64,000 nt of DNA from positions 65,846,001-65,910,000 of the forward strand of contig NC_086097.1 of the NCBI RefSeq assembly GCF_963921235.1, written 5' to 3'. Origin of the DNA: Mobula hypostoma. Lineage: Eukaryota. Each line of letters opens with the position of its first letter. The first letter of the stretch is position 1. Positions 24,067 through 37,664 of the stretch are shown here, piece after piece. Under the pieces are notes generated by a model. The model ran no database searches. It had not been told where the DNA came from and worked only from the letters and a program-made list of their open reading frames with translations. Made by a program: the position numbers and the translations under genes.

Positions 24067-24647
24067 TGTGACCAGAATGAACATTAGATTTTCCTGAATG
24101 CTATTGGTATCACTTTGCTTTGGAAATTGAAGTAGAAAACCTCAGTTTATTAAAGAAGAACGACGCATAGCAAAGCAAATATAGCTGCTGCTCATTTAAC
24201 GAAGGACATTTTTGATGGCATCATTTCTGGTTTATCTGCCACACTTGTGCCTCTCGTTGTCATTCTGGAGACATGCAGTCTTTTCATCCCCTGTCTCTTC
24301 ATCTCTTCTGCTGTTTGTTGTTTGTCTCTGATCCTGGAGACATGCATGCCTCTCCTCCCCTGTCTCATCTTCTCTCATCTTGTTTTGTCCTGACTCTTTG
24401 ATCCTAGAGTTGTGTGGCCCTGGCCTCATCCAATGCTTGTTCTCTCCCTCTCCTTGCCGCTTCCCAATGACATTTGGCGTCATCTCCTGACCATAATGTC
24501 CCCCTTCCCTTTTCACACGGCATAATTAGGCTGACCTTTATTTCTACCCTAATGCTGGATAGAAGATACGAAGCACTAACACCAAAGGATGCTGATTATT
24601 CTTGATGATGTGGTTCGCACTCTCCTAAGTGGATGTGATATAGTCAC
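24067..24647. mobile_element. Unclassified insertion, possibly a solo LTR
   Basis: Bounded by tgtgac...gtcac, with internal ~45-bp imperfect repeats (ctggagacatgca...cccctgtctc). Appears to interrupt CR1 ORF1-like sequence. No TSD seen. Confidence 0.3.
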
Positions 24648-24649
24648 CG

Positions 24650-26770
24650 CTGTCCTTTGACTGCAGCAAAGAGTTAGGTGCTAAGTTAGGTGCTAAGACA
24701 GGAATGCCAGCGTTGTGATCTCAGGATTGCTACCCTTACCACATGCCAGTGAGGCCAGAAATAGGAAGATCATATAGTTTAACACATGGCTAAGGAGTTG
24801 GTGTAGGAGTGAGGGCATAAGGATTTTGGATCACTGGGGTCTGTTCCAGGGAAGGTACAGAAGAGACAGTTTGCACCTGAACTGAAGAGGGACTAATATC
24901 CTACTGGAAAGGTTTGCTGGTGCTGCACGGGGGTGGGAGGTGGTTTGAAACCAGAGTTGCGGGGTGGGGGGGCAGAATGCAAGAACAGATAGTGGAGAGT
25001 TTTTGGAGATAGATGTTGTTAAGACCTCAGGCAAAGCCAGGAATCAAAAGGTTGAACATGATGTGACTAATGCCCTGGGTTGCATATATTTCAATGCAAG
25101 AAGTATTGTAGATAAGGCAGATGATCTCAGGGGACAGGAGATTATCAACACATGGAATTCTGATACTGTAGCCATTAGTGAGACTTGGTTGCAGGAGGGT
25201 CAGGACTGGCAGCTCAGTTTTCCAGGGTTCTGCTATTTTAGACATGAGAATGGGAGGAATTAAAGAGGAAGGGGTGGTGTTACTAGTCAGGGAAAATGTC
25301 ATGGCAGTGTTCAGTCAGGACAGACTGAAGAATTAATGTACTGAGGTTTTATGGATGGAACTGAGGGAAAAGAAAGCTATTACCATGTTAAGGCGGCTAA
25401 TTTATAGACCACCCAACCGTCCACGGGATTTAGAGGAACAAATTTGTAGAAAGATCGCAGACTGCTGCAAGAAACATAAGGTTGTTATAGTGGGTAATTT
25501 AAACTTTCCACATATTGACTGGGAGTCCCATATTGTTCCAAAAGGACAAGATGTGATAGAGTTTGTCAGATGTGTTCAGGAAAGTTTCCTTAATCAGAAC
25601 ATAGAAGTTCCAAGGAGAGAGCGTGTGATGCTTGATCTGCTATTAGAGAATGAGACAGGGCAGGTGACAGAAGTTTGTGATGGGGAACACTTTGCATCTA
25701 GTGATCATAATACCGTTAGTTTCAAACTAAATATGGAAAAAAAGATAGGCCAAGTCTGCAGGTTGAGTTTCTAAATTGGAGAAAGGCTAATTTTAATGGT
25801 ATCAGAAAGGATCTGGCCAGTGTAGATTGTGACAGGCTGTTTTCTGGCAAGTGTGTACTTGGTAAGTGGGAGGCCTTCAAAAGTGAAATTTTGGGAATAC
25901 AAAGCTTGCATGTCCCTATCAGATTAAAATGTAAAGATTACGGGTTTAGGGAATCTTGGTTTTTTAGAGATATTGAGGACCTACTTAAGAATAGAAAAAG
26001 GAGGTGCATAGCAACTACAGGCAGGTAGGAACAAATAAGGTACTTGGGGAGTATAGGAAATGCAAGCAAACTCTTGAGAAGGAAATCAGGAGGGCTAAAA
26101 GAAGGCATGAAGTTGACTGAGCAAAGTGAAGGAGAATCCTAAGGGATTCTACAGATATGTTAAGAGCAAAAGGATTGCAAGGGACAAAATTGGTCCACTG
26201 AAAGATCAGAATGGTAATCTATGCGCAGAGCCAAAAGAAATGGAGGAGGTCTTAAGTGGACCCCATGCATCTATATTTGCTCAAGAGATGGACACAGAGT
26301 CTATAGAACTGAGGCAAAGCAGCAGCAAAGTCATGGATCCTATACAGATTAGAGAGGAGTAGGTGTTTGTTGTCTTGTGGAAAATTAGAGTGGATCAATC
26401 CCCAGAACCTGATGAAGTGTTTCCTCAGACCCTGTGGGAGGCAAGTGCAGAAACTGCAGGATCTCTTGCAGAGTTATTTAAATCATACTAGCAACTGGTG
26501 AGGTACTGGAGGATTGTAGGATAGCTAATGTCTGCTGTTTAAGAAAGGCTGTAAAAATAAACCAGGAAATTATATGCCGGTGAGCCTGACATCTGTAGTG
26601 GGAAACATATTGGAAGCTATTATAAGGGATCAGATACATGAGTATTTAGATAGATGTGGACTGCTTAGGATAGTTAGCATGGCTTTGTGCAAGGTGTGTC
26701 ATGTCTGACCAATCTTACAGAATTCTTCGAGAAAGTTAACACGATAGTTGAAGGCAAGACAGTGAATGTT
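24650..26770 (+). mobile_element. Degraded CR1 (end of ORF1, APE, part of RT)
   Basis: YFNARSI, AISETWL, IYRPPN, SSDHN, KENPKGFYRYVKSK. Confidence 0.85.
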
Positions 26771-27941
26771 GTCTGCAGGCTGTTTGACTGTATACAGTTG
26801 GGTACAGAAGGGGTATAGGCTGAATATCAACAAAAAACAGAATTGGAATAAATGGCTTATTTTTGGATTAACTAACAGTAATTGGTGGGGTGCCATAGTA
26901 TTTAGTGCTGGGGCCTCAATAATTTATAGTTACTGTATATTAGAAACATAGAAACAGAGAAAACCTACAGCAAAATACAGGTCCTTCGTCCCGCAGTGCT
27001 GTGACAAACATGTACTTACTTTAGAAATTACCTAGGGTTACCCATAGCCCTCTATTTTTCTAAGCTCCATATCCAAGAATCCCTTAAAAGATCTATTGTA
27101 TCCACCTCCACCACTGTCGCTGGCAGCCCATTCCATGCATTCACCACTCTGCGTAAAAAAACTTACCCCTGACATCTCCTCTGTACCTACTTCCAAACAC
27201 CTTAAAGCTATGACCTTCATGTTAGCCATTTCAGCCCTGGGAAAAAGCTTTTGACTTTCCACACAATCAATGCCTCTCATCATCTTATACACCTCTATCA
27301 GGTCACCTCTCATCCTCCGTCGCTCCAAGTTATGAACTCTGAACCTCAACACTGCCAAGAGTCTTACCATTACATTAATACTATATTCTGCCATCATATT
27401 TGACCTACCAAAATAAACCACCTCACACTTATCTGGGTTGAACTCCATCTGCTACTTCTCAGCCCAGTTTTGCATCCTATCAATGTCCCACTATAGCCTT
27501 TGACAGCCCTCCACACTATCCACAATATCCCCAGTCTTTGTGTCATCACCAGATTTACTAACCCATCCCTCCACTTCCTCATCCAGGTCATTTACAAAAA
27601 TCACAAAGAGAAGGGGTCCCAGTACAGATCCCTGAGGCACACCACTGGCCACCGACTCCATGCAGAATATGACCCGAATACAACCACTCTTTGCCTTCTG
27701 TGGGCAAGCCAATTCTGTATCCACAAAGCAAGGTCCCCTTGGAACCTATGCCTCCCTACTTTCTTGATAAGCCTTGTCAAATGCCTTGCTGAAATCCATA
27801 TACACTACATCTACTGCTCTACCTTCATCAATGTGTTTAGTCACATCCTCAAAAAATTATATCGGGCTCATAAGGCAGGACCTGCCTTTGACAAAGCCAT
27901 GCTGGCTATTCCTAATCATACTATGCCTCTCCAAATGTTCA

Positions 27942-28139
27942 TGTTGTGTATGTGGCCTGTTTACACAACTATGTTATTAATAAAAATCCTGGAGATGGGA
28001 ACTAAGTTTCATGGTTCTTTATTGGTAGAGTCCGAACTTGACACACACGTACAGATCAATACGCGCTTAATAGCACATGCAATGACGTGTTACTAAAACA
28101 TAAAGTAGTCCCTTATTATAATGTAGGCTATATAGTACA
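27942..28139 (-). repeat. 3' LTR of the Gypsy element
   Basis: Direct repeat of 31013-31210, with about 12 differences by eye. Confidence 0.93.
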
Positions 28140-28272
28140 CTCCTCCCCTTTTATTTTAATAGTGTATCAACTGTTTTTTTTTACTGGGGCACTATGCTAA
28201 ACAAATATGTTTACCCTTAACATACAACGCCTACCATTTGTTTACAAATTATAACAAAGTAACTTAATAATA

Positions 28273-30254
28273 TCAAATTATAACAAGCCGCCTTTTTTTT
28301 CCCTTTTTTCTTACTTTTGGTCTAAGACCCATTTGGAAACCAAGTCTCTGGAGAGGTCTTCTCTGTCTCTCCGGGTAATGTCTGTCCCGAAACATCTGCT
28401 TTGGGGAATGAGTCTTCACAGGTACATCAGGTGGGTCATCAGCCCTGATGACACGCTTATCTGTACATGAGGCTGATGTGGTCACATCAGGAGTGTTTGC
28501 TTCTATGTCAGGGCAAGGTGTTGTTGTGTTTTTCACCTGAGCATCCAGGATTTGGTCCAAGTGACGTCTCCATACGTTCTCTCCCACCTCCACTGTATAC
28601 ATCAGTGGCCCGTCTATGGCGGAAATTGTACCCGGCTACCACTTTTCAGTCCGGTCATCACATGCAAGAACTGACTGTCCCACACTGAAGCTCCATGTTG
28701 ACTTGGCATTCAAGTGTTTGAACTGTCTGTTCTCCACAGCACACCGTACATCTGGTTTGAGCAGATCCATGCGGGACCTCAGGTTCCTGTTCAGAACATC
28801 ATCGCTGGAGTCTGATTACTGGTTGCATGTACTGCATTGCAATAGTCAAGGAGGAAGTTGTCTATCTTGTGTTGCCGTGGTCGATTTTCGCTGTCCATTG
28901 CCTTGATTGCTTTCTTGAATGTCTGCACAAGTCTTTCTGCCAAGCTATTTGTGGATGGATGGTAAGGGGCAGATGTAAAGTGCTTGATTCCATTGTTCTT
29001 CGCAAAACTTTGGAATTCTTCAGAGACAAATTGTTGTCCATTGCCTCTGCAGATTTGTTCTGGTATGCTATTCCTGGTGAACATGGCCCTTAGAACTGTA
29101 ATGGTCTTTTCCATTGTGGTTGTCTTCATTTTGATGACCTCTGGCCATTTGGAATGTGCATCGACGGCGATTAAAAAGATAGAGTCCATGAATGGCCCAG
29201 TAAAGTCGATGTGCACTCATGCCATGGTGATGAGGGCCACTCCCATGGATGGAGAGGGGCTTGTGGTGGTGTGTTCTGGATCTTTTGATATCCAGAGCAG
29301 TTCTTGGTCAAGTCCTCAATCTGTTTATTGATTCCTGGCCACCACACATAGGCACGGGCAAGACTTTTCATCTTCACGGTACCCAGGTGCCCCTCGTGTA
29401 GTTCCTCCAGCACTCTGGTGCATAGCTTGGGAGGAATCACAACTCATGAACCACACATTAGAGTTCCCCGACACATTGACAACTGCTCCTTCCTCACTGA
29501 GAAGGCTGGAAACAGTGTGTTGCCACGCGCTGGCCATCCCTTTACCGTGACGTCATATACTTTTGACAACATAGGGTCATTGCATGTTTCCCTTTCAATG
29601 AGGCTGTTTGTCACTGGTAATTGTTCAACTATTATTGTGTGAAAGACCTCTGCTGAGTCCATTTGTGTAGTTATCTCTCATGTCGGCAGTGGTAAACATG
29701 ACAAACCATCTGTGTTGCCGTGTTGCTTGGTCCCCTTGTGTTCAACGTCATACATGTGACCTCCTAAGAAAAGAGACCATCGCAGCAGCCTTTGTGCTGT
29801 CATCACTGGAACTCCTTTTCTTGGGTTGAAGATTGACATGAGAGACTTATGGTCAGTCAACAGGATAAACCTTTGACCATACAGGTAGTGACTGAATTTC
29901 TTAACTCCCCAAACGAGTCTTAGGGCCTCTCTGTCAATCTGTGCGTAGTTGCGTTCAGCTGAAGTTAGCGTTCTTGAGGCAAAGGTCTTTCTGAGCCATC
30001 TGGAAACTTGAGCAATAACACAGCTCCTATCCCATGGGGTGAGGCATCACAAGACAGTCGGATTGGTAAGGAGGGGTCAAAGTGCGCGAGCATCCCTTCC
30101 AAAGTTATGAGACTTTTAGTTTCTTGAAACGCTTTCTCACAGCTCTCAGTCCAGGTGTAGGACTGTGGATAGGTTAGGCAAGAACTTGTGGTAATAGTTC
30201 ACTAGTCCAAGATATGCTCTCAGCTGAGACATATTTTCAGGTGGTGGTGCCTGA
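28273..30254 (-). pseudogene. Gypsy pol remnant (end of RT, RNase H, integrase)
   Basis: TDHKSL, LHEGHLGTVKMKSLAR.YVWWPGI, HIDFTGPF, VDAHSKWPEV, APYHPSTNSLAERLVQTFK. Confidence 0.9.
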
Positions 30255-30720
30255 AGGCTGATTTACACTTGTGCGTCAACTCGACGCTGTAGGTACGGCG
30301 TCGCTGCGAACCCTACGCAGAGCCTACGCGGATCCCTACACCGTAGCCTGACATGCACCTCTCCCAAAATGTAACTACGCGTCACAGCAACACAGACCGC
30401 AACAACTGTGATTGGTCCGCCTGGTAGCATCGCATTTCCTCCTACGCTGCAATAGCTTCCCATTGGGTGACTGAAGGGCAGGGAAGGAACTCTAGCTGCA
30501 ATGCTTTCCATAAAGCTTTACAGACCTCTGAAATTATGGAGGACACATTTCGCTTTTATGAAAAAAGACGCTCGCTTTAAACTTGTTTACCCTGAGAAAG
30601 ACTACCATGACCATGAAGCCTTGCGTGGGCAGGTGTGTGCGCATGTGCGACGTGCGTGAATTGCAGAGTGACGCAGACACATCAACGCACAAGCATAAAT
30701 ACTCACAACACACGTGTAAG
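30255..30720. mobile_element. MITE-like DNA element (possibly PIF/Harbinger), one end truncated
   Basis: CpG-rich insert beginning aggctgatttacacttgtgcgt, with the inverted match acgcacaagcataaat at ~30685-30700. Interrupts pol. Confidence 0.5.
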
Positions 30721-31012
30721 TTACCCAGTTTTCAATGCCACTATCAAATTCTGTAATGGTTCCAATCATCGTTATCTTTGTTATGTTAATTTAGTCCAAT
30801 TTTTCCTTGTTTTCATTTTAGCTAGCTCCTTGCAGTCACTGCACGTTCCACTTGACTCACGTGTCCTTTTTGCTAGCGCAATGAGCACACTCCGTCTAGA
30901 TGCGTGTGTCGTTCCTTTTCATCTCCCTTCTCTTTCTTCTCCTCCAAGTGTCGTTATCAACTAAAGCATGGCATTCCGATAAGATGTCAGTTCATAATTC
31001 TCATCGCCAATT

Positions 31013-31210
31013 TGTTGTGTATGTGGCCTGTTTACACAACTATGTTATTAATAAAAAGGCTGGAGATGGGAACTAAGTTTCATGGTTCTTTACTGGTAGA
31101 GTCCGAACTTGACACTGACATACAGATCAATACGCGCCTAATAGCACATGCAACGACATGTTACTAAAACATAAAGTAGTCCCTTATTATAATGTAGGCT
31201 ACATGGTACA
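31013..31210 (-). repeat. 5' LTR of the Gypsy element
   Basis: Direct repeat of 27942-28139, adjacent to the PBS. Confidence 0.93.
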
Positions 31211-32719
31211 GTTCATAAATCCTGCCTCTCAGAATCTTCTCCACCAACTTAGCAACCAATATCCTGGCAGGGAGGTTTGCTAAGGCTACTGGGGAGAACT
31301 TAAACTAGAATTGCTGGGGGAGTGGGAACCGAACTGAAGAGACAGAGGAAGGGGCAGTTGGCTCACAAACAGAGAAAGCTTGTAGGCAGTGTGAGAGGGA
31401 GGATAAGCAGGTGATAGAGAAGGGATACGCTCAGACTGATGATTGAGACATGGCTATTTTAATGCAAGGAGTATCATGAACAAAGCAGATGAGCTTAGAG
31501 CATGGATCAGTACTTGGAGCTATGATGTCATGGCCATTACAGAGACTTGGATGGTTCTGGGGCAGGAGTGGCTACTTAGAGTGCTCGGCTTTAGATGTTT
31601 TAGAAAGGGCAAGGAGGGGGCCAAAGAGGTGGGGGCGTGGCACTGCTGATCAGAGATAGTGTCATGGCTGCAGAAAAGGAGGAAATCATGGAGGGATTGT
31701 CTACTGAGTCTCTGTGGGTGGAAGTTAGAAACAGGAAGGAGTCAATAACTCTACTGTGTGTTTTTATAGACCACCCAATAGTAACAGGGACATTGAGGAG
31801 CAGATAGGGAGACAAATTCTGGAGCAATGCAATAATAACAGGGTTGTCATGGTAGGAGATTTTTATTTCCCAAATATTGATTGGCATCTCCCGAGAACAA
31901 GAAGTTTAAATGGGGTGGAGTTTGTTGGGTGTGTTCAGGAAGGTTTCTTGACACAATATGTAGATAAGCCTACAAGAGGAGAGGCAGTACTTGATTTGGT
32001 ATTGGGAAATGAACCTGGTCAGGTGTCAGGTATCTCAGTGGGAGGGCATTTGGAGATGGTGATCACAATTCTATCTCCTTTCCCATAGCATTGGAGAGGG
32101 ATAGGAGCAGACAAGTTAGGAAAATATTTCATTGGTGTGAAGGGAAATGTGAAGCTATCAGGCAGGAACTTGGAAGTATAAATTGGGAGCAGATGTTCTC
32201 AGGGAAACGTATAGCAGAAATGTGGCAATATCAGGGGATATTTGCATGGCATTCTGCATAGGTGCGTTCTGATGAGACAGGGAAAAGATGGCAGGGTACA
32301 GGAAATATGATGTATAAAGACTGTTGAAAACCTAGTCAGGAAGAAAAGAAAAGCTTACCAAAGGTGTAAAAAAAAACTAGGCAATGATAGAGATCTAGAA
32401 AATGTTAAGGCTAGCAGGAAGGAGCCAAAGAATGAAATTAGGAGAGCCAGAAGGTGCCATGAGAAAGCCTTGGTGAGCAGGATTAGTGATCAGGATAAAG
32501 GAACCAGATATGAAGCTGATTTTGCTAATGATGCAAAGATTAGTGGGCTAACAAGTTGTAAGGAAGAAACAAAGAGCCTGTGGAGGGATATAGGTAGATT
32601 AATTGAGTGACCTAGAAATTGGCAGATAGATTCCCACGGTGATACAGGATAGAGATGAGCTCTTTGGCCAACTCATCCATGCCAACCAAGATTCTCAAAT
32701 AAGCTAGTGCCATTTATTA

Positions 32720-33495
32720 CACAGAACAGCAAAAATTTTGCTTCCTGAATACTTTTGGATGTATCTTATGTATTTTGGGCTACTGAACATGAAAAATCAC
32801 CATGAAATTTGCCTATCACGCCATTTTTTTGAAATCGCCTATATTTGTTTGTTCAATTCATAATTCAAGTCAATTATTGACTTAATCTTAATCTTAAAGG
32901 AAGGTTGGTCCACAAATCAAACAGGTCATCAATGACAGGCAATTCGAAGAACCTGTACTGGGACTGGAAAAAATTGTATGGAAGGTATTCAGAGATGTTG
33001 TTGAAAATATTCTTGACAGCTGCAGAGCACCAAACTACGTGCAACTGGTTGACAAAATGCTTCAAGCATGAAGTGCAACATGTCACTAAAGATTCATTTT
33101 CTGCATTCCCATTTGGACTTCTTCCCTGCAAATTTTGGCACTGTCAGTGACAAGCATGGTGAAAGGTTTCACCAGGTCATTGAGAAACTGTGTCAGGACT
33201 GCTGGAATCCATCAGTGCTGGCTGATTATTATTGGAAACTTAAGTGAGAAGCCTCAGATACTCAGTGCAAATGAAAATCATCAACAAATCATTTTTAGCT
33301 TAGTTGAACTATTGCAATGCATCAGCACCGTTACGCAATTAAATGCATTGTATTCAATAAAAGTTAATTTCTTGTTTTTCCAAATTCCTAAATGATACAA
33401 GTAGACTGAAATTATATTTGCATTCAGCTTCAAGCGATCTATCATAAACTAATTTCTGAGGAAGCAACACTTTGGAAAAAAATCATCGTCCAGTG
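32720..33495 (+). mobile_element. Chapaev3-type (CMC) DNA transposon, deletion derivative
   Basis: CACAG...CAGTG termini with a TTA TSD (32717-32719, 33496-33498). Transposase C-terminal motif KIHFLHSHLDFFPANFGTVSDKHGERFHQ at ~33088-33175. Confidence 0.7.
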
Positions 33496-33789
33496 TTATC
33501 AAAGTATGTGTCTGTTGCTGTGTACTACCTTGAGATTGATTTTCTTGCAGGCTTTTTGGAAAAAAGGAAATACAACAAAATTTCATGAAAAATTATACAT
33601 AAACAAAGACTGACAATCACCAGTGCGCAAAAGAAGACAAACTGCAAATAGAACTAATACTGACAACAGGAATTGTGAAGAGTTCTTGAAAATGAGGCTG
33701 TCATTCATAGAATCAGTTCAGAGTTATGCTGAATAAAGTTATCTACACCGATTCAGGAGCTTATGTGCTAGTCCCAGGACAGATCCTGT

Positions 33790-34230
33790 CAAACATTGGT
33801 CAGACTGCATTTGGAGTATTTTCAGCAGTTTTGGGCCCCTTATCCAAGAAAGCATGTGCTGGCATTGGAGAGATTCATGAGAATTATCCCAGAAATAAAA
33901 GGGTTAATTTATGAGGTGTGTTTAATGGCTCTAGGCCTGTACTTTCTGGAGTATAGAGGAATGAGAGGGAAACCTCATTCAAAGGCCTAGATAGAGTGGA
34001 TTTGAGAGGATGCCTCTTATAGTGAGGGATACTGGGGCCAGAGAGCACAGTCTTAGAAGAGAAGGTATGTCCCTTTAGAACAGAGAGGAGGAGGATTTTT
34101 TTTTAATCTATGCAATTCAGATGGTTGTGGAGGCCAATTCATTTGGGTATATTTAAAGGTTGATAGGTTCTTGTTTAGTAAGGGCATTAAAGGTTACAGG
34201 GAAAAGGCAGGAGAATGGGTTTGAGGGGGA
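33790..34230 (+). mobile_element. Degraded CR1 3' fragment
   Basis: LVRLHLEYFQQFWAPY, ALGLYFLE. Confidence 0.75.
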
Positions 34231-37200
34231 ATGGCAGGAAGAATGTACAAACTTATTGAGGGAGATGCTGGAATTGAACTCCGAACTTTGACGCCATGAG
34301 CTGTAAAAGTTCATGTGAACTGCAACACTACTGTACCACTTCACTTCTTAACCACTTGCTGTACTTGTATGTTATAGTGCACAGCTAGTGGAACTGATGC
34401 CCTGTAGGGGTTGGATCTTGTTCATGTGGAGTTTGCACATTCTCTATGGATTTATCCCTCATTAAAATCATTTATTTGGATAACAGTTGAGTCCCAATCA
34501 CTGATTCCAATGCTACTTACTATGTATTGCTTACTACCCCAAAAGAGACTTCTGTACACCTATTGTATTTCCCTGTGTCAACCAAAACGTAATCCATGCC
34601 ACTTCATTACCCTAAGTACCTTACATTCTAATCTTTTGCATAGCATTTTATCAAAACATTTTAAAAATCCAAGTGCACTACATTTACTGACTCTCCCTCA
34701 TCTATCTATTCTACCAGTTACATTGTCAAAAAGAAACTCCTGTAGTTCATCAATCACAATTTTCCTTTCATAAATCTCTATTGAGTTTCCTAATCTCATT
34801 AATATTTTCTGTATCCTGGTACCTCATTCTTTATAAATAGCCTTTAGCAATTCCTCATCACTGATGTTAGACTAAACAGTCTGCAATTCTGTGCTTCTTC
34901 CTCTATTTTCAAGAATTGAGTTAGATTTAGGAACTATACTGCAATTTTATACTATGAATTCTAGAAAATAATAACCATTGCATCTACCATTTCCACTGGT
35001 TTCTCCTTTGGTACTCTAGGTTATAACTTCTCAGATTCTGGAGATTTACCAGCTTTCAATGCAGTTAATTTCTCTGGCACCAATTTTTATTAATACTAAT
35101 TTTGTTTAGTTTCTCATCTTCAGTAAATTATTTATTCTGTAACATTTCTGGAAAGCTTCTTGTATCCATTTCTGTGAAGGTATAACTAAAATATTTGTTT
35201 AATTGTTCCCCATTTCCTCTTCTGACTATAAGGAATCTTCTCTTGCCTTTACTCGTCTTTCTTGTCATCTATTTGATTCCCAAGAGCTTGATAGCATTAT
35301 GTTTTTATCTATAATGCTTCAAAAATGTAATGAGCACATAATGCTCAGCTTCCTGTTAAACTCCAATGAGCAGGTGTGCATGAGAAATTCACAGGAACCT
35401 GGATGTTATTGCTGAAGCCATAGTCCCAGTGTCATTACACTGTTGGCAGGCAAATGTTCACTCCGCTCCTAGAACATAATTTGTATTCTATGTTCATCTA
35501 GACGTCAGAGTCCAAAAATGGCTGGCAACTCCAAACGCCAAATTTTGGAGGTGTGATAGCATACCCTCTTCATGACTGGACTTGCTGTTCTGTCCAGGGG
35601 CAAAGTAGTGAAGATTATAAATGCTGAGTATTATGAAGGACAAGTCTGGATGCATTTCATTTCCAATGCTCAGCTATACGCAGGGAAAATTGGTATGCAA
35701 ATGGCAACACTATTCATTGAATAGGATTAACAACTCTGAAATAAGGGCAAATAAAGGGTTAATTTTATTTTACCTTTTTTTAAAATGATTTTAATTATTT
35801 AATTTGTTTGTAGTTTTTAACTATTTAAATATTCTGGCAATTTTAATTGATTCTGATAGGCAGGACTTTCCAAACAAAGCCGTCCATAATTTGGTACAGT
35901 CAATAGTCCCAAAGAGAGCTATGGAAATTTTTGGTGTGACAAAATTGTGGTGAATTGTTGGTCCTTGGTTTCTCTGGTGACAAAATTTGTGGGTACAGCA
36001 GCCACCTTGTTTAATTTGTTTATCATATAATGAGCTGTTAATACAACAGGGATCAAAACTAAATAAGCAGAACCACCAAGCAGCAGTACCAGTACCTAAT
36101 AAATATCACTGGCTCACTTGTTTGCCAAAATAATTAACTAAAAATGTACTTACTGTACCTTGTACAAATAAAGCTCCTGTTGGAGGCAATCTGCAAAGGG
36201 CCAGCACAGGAAGCTTGTGATTTCTGGAACCACAGAACATTGAGCATGTGCTGACATTTGAACATATTCACTGGTTCATTGGTTGAGTTACAATCACGTT
36301 GTTATCAATCCACTGGAGTTTGTTTGATTTCTTTTGGGAGTTTGAAAAGATTAAGAGTTGTCTTCATAGAAATTTACTTGTGCTTTTATGCTTCCCTTGA
36401 GATGACATAAGCTGAGGCAATTGTTCCTTATGGTGTAAACTGCACGCCATCTGTGTTGGAAGGAGTGGGCTTTTTCTTATGCCTCATTTTATAATCTTTC
36501 CAAAGTCATGATCTTGTAAACTAATTTTATATATCAATACTGTGTTTAATGTAAAAACAAGTTGTATTCCTATTTTTGACATACCTTTAGCACATTGATC
36601 GCTTTGACAACCTAGAGTGTAGTTTCTTCCATGCTGTGCTTTTAAGTTCTTTAATTTAAAGAATGCATATTGAGGTTAAGTGTACCTGTTTATAAGAATG
36701 AAGGTGGAAAATCATCAGATTAATCACGTACCTAAGATTAGTTCAGGAGCAGCAAAAGAAAATAGATTTAGGAGAAGTCTATTAATTTATCTTCTTGGGA
36801 AGGTCATTTCCTGTGGTGTACATACTACGAGCTCTCGCAAAATTATGGATGGCTGTTACTCAAAGGTTGGGTCCTTTGCTATGAGTGACACAATTTTTGG
36901 TTTCCTGAAACCAGTTACCAATAAGCAAAGCATAATTCAGATAGTTGGATGAGTGCAGCTTCAAAAGTATTTAAGCAGAACATTATCAAACACAAAGTAA
37001 TCCGCTTGATTTGCACTTGTCCACCATCTTATATGTTCACATCTTCCATAACCCATGCACTACAGTAACAGTGTGTACCATCCACTGAGTATAGTTCAGC
37101 AACTCCCCGAGTTTTATTCATATTTAGAGTACTATACATTCACTGAGTCTGTTTTTAAAAATATCAAGGAGCTGCCTCAGCACAACACTTTGCTCCCTGA

Positions 37201-37664
37201 ATAAATTCAACATTAAATATGAAAGGACAATAGTGAAGGTAATTATAATGAATACATGAGCATATTCCTGCACAAAGGGTTATATTCAAGTCTACAAAGA
37301 AAAATTGGCATCTGGTCAAAGCACTTCTTCAATTAAAATGCAAATAAAGCAGGCGTCTTCTGCTTTGGGATTCTAACTAAGAGCAGACTATGAAATTTCA
37401 CCTTTTTGTTGACATTTATCTGATGTGAAATAGATCAGAGAATAGTTGGAAAGTTATTTTGATTTCTAAATTTGATGTATAAATTTAGTTTAACACAGAG
37501 ATCAAAGCAATGAAAGACAATTTTTGAGCAAGTCATTCTTTTCAGTGCCTGTGAATAGTAAAACCTCAACCAACACTTGTAATGTCATGTCATCTGATTT
37601 TCCAATAATCAATATATAGTGAAATGACACTGAATTAGAAGTCAAAAATTTCAGCTAATAAAAC

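Larger units (their letters stand above)
27942..31210 (-). mobile_element. Gypsy (Mag-like) LTR retrotransposon, internally deleted
   Basis: 198-bp LTRs TG..CA, 5-bp TSD gttca (27937-27941, 31211-31215), PBS tggcgatgag, PPT aaaaggggaggag. RNase H and integrase remnants. Confidence 0.93.
26944..32481. mobile_element. CR1 insertion with a 5' inversion (minus part 26944-27941 + 31211-31255; plus part ~31255-32481)
   Basis: (tagaaaca)n tail at the left end, RT on minus, and ORF1-end/APE on plus. attag occurs at 26939-26943 and 32482-32486. The flanks rejoin into one older CR1 segment. Confidence 0.7.
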
